Shown here one piece after another: positions 24,432 through 24,990 of a stretch of DNA of 24,990 nt; position 1 is the stretch's first letter; every line of letters starts with the position of its first letter. The translations under genes and the position numbers were made by a program. The DNA comes from a virus (lineage: Duplodnaviria > Caudoviricetes). The notes under the pieces were generated by a model. The model was not told the DNA's origin and did no database searches. It was given only the letters and a program-made list of their open reading frames with translations. Location: the IMG/VR virus record IMGVR_UViG_3300046707_000073, positions 1 to 24,990 of that record, one strand, 5' to 3'.

Positions 24432-24990
24432 CCGGCCCGCAGACGTTGAGCTTCACCAACCCGGACGGCAGCCAGGCGGCGATCACCGTCGCCTACGAAT
24501 ACATTCCCGCGCCGCTGCCACCGGCACCGCCGTCGCCGACGATCGTGGGCCTGGACGACCCGACACCCGACGCGGCGCTGGCCCCGTATGTGGGCGCGAG
24601 GCGTCTGTTCGCCGGCAACGCCCTGCCGGACTGCACCAAGCTGCCGGCCTACGTGCTGGCGATGCCGTCGATGCCGATGACCCTCACCGTGCGCCCAACC
24701 CCGACCGCATTCCAGCAGATGCTCATGTCCCGCACGCAGGGCGTGATGGTTTCCAACCATGAATGCAACAGGTCGGGTAAACCTGCGCCTGATGTGATCG
24801 CCTCGAACTTCAAGTTCTCTCGCCAGCAGATCGACATTGCCAACGCCACCGGCAAGACCCGCTGGCTGCTGGCGTTCAACGCCGACAGCTATCCACAGAT
24901 GCACGGTGGCAACACGTTCGACATGTACGCCGACGCCATCGCCTACGCCGACCTGGTCACCTGGGACATCTATGTCGACCTGGACCTGAC
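24428..24990 (+). CDS. Putative clan GH-A (GH26-like) glycoside hydrolase, 3' truncated
   Basis: Manual translation open to window end: Pro-rich linker, SNHECN (HExN acid/base-like) and ADLVTWDIY (DxxxxDxY). Confidence 0.5.
   Translation, partial: MTGPQTLSFTNPDGSQAAITVAYEYIPAPLPPAPPSPTIVGLDDPTPDAALAPYVGARRLFAGNALPDCTKLPAYVLAMPSMPMTLTVRPTPTAFQQMLMSRTQGVMVSNHECNRSGKPAPDVIASNFKFSRQQIDIANATGKTRWLLAFNADSYPQMHGGNTFDMYADAIAYADLVTWDIYVDLDL

Noticed and set aside
1-24990. CRISPR array, tRNA, integrase/att site, reverse transcriptase or DGR repeats, contractile sheath
   Set aside because: None seen by eye; no regularly spaced repeats or diagnostic motifs

Overview
GC-rich actinobacteriophage or prophage (siphovirus-like, Actinomycete host inferred) late region, almost all on the + strand. 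Gene order: 3' end of a DUF397 gene, small membrane ORFs, terminase small and large subunits, HK97-type portal fused to a MuF-like domain, an antisense HNH endonuclease, ClpP-type prohead protease, HK97-fold major capsid, putative decoration/fibre proteins, neck genes, two paralogous tail-tube genes, a second His-Me endonuclease, a tail assembly chaperone with a -1 frameshift site, tape measure, tail-tip proteins, GH25 endolysin, several holin-like genes and a truncated GH26-like glycosidase. Signals the ORF track misses: (1) a 60-codon CPxDG-x-CPxDG ORF at 9267-9449 with a good SD but only a GTC start, in a stretch open in all three forward frames; (2) a three-copy promoter/operator motif ATGC-N8-G(C/A)AT-N8-TACnnT ahead of the portal, head and lysis modules; (3) both endonucleases carry leaderless-type promoters of identical geometry, and one appears to have separated the protease from its RBS; (4) an internal in-frame start in the endolysin. 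All functional calls rest on motif recognition and synteny; no database searches were run.
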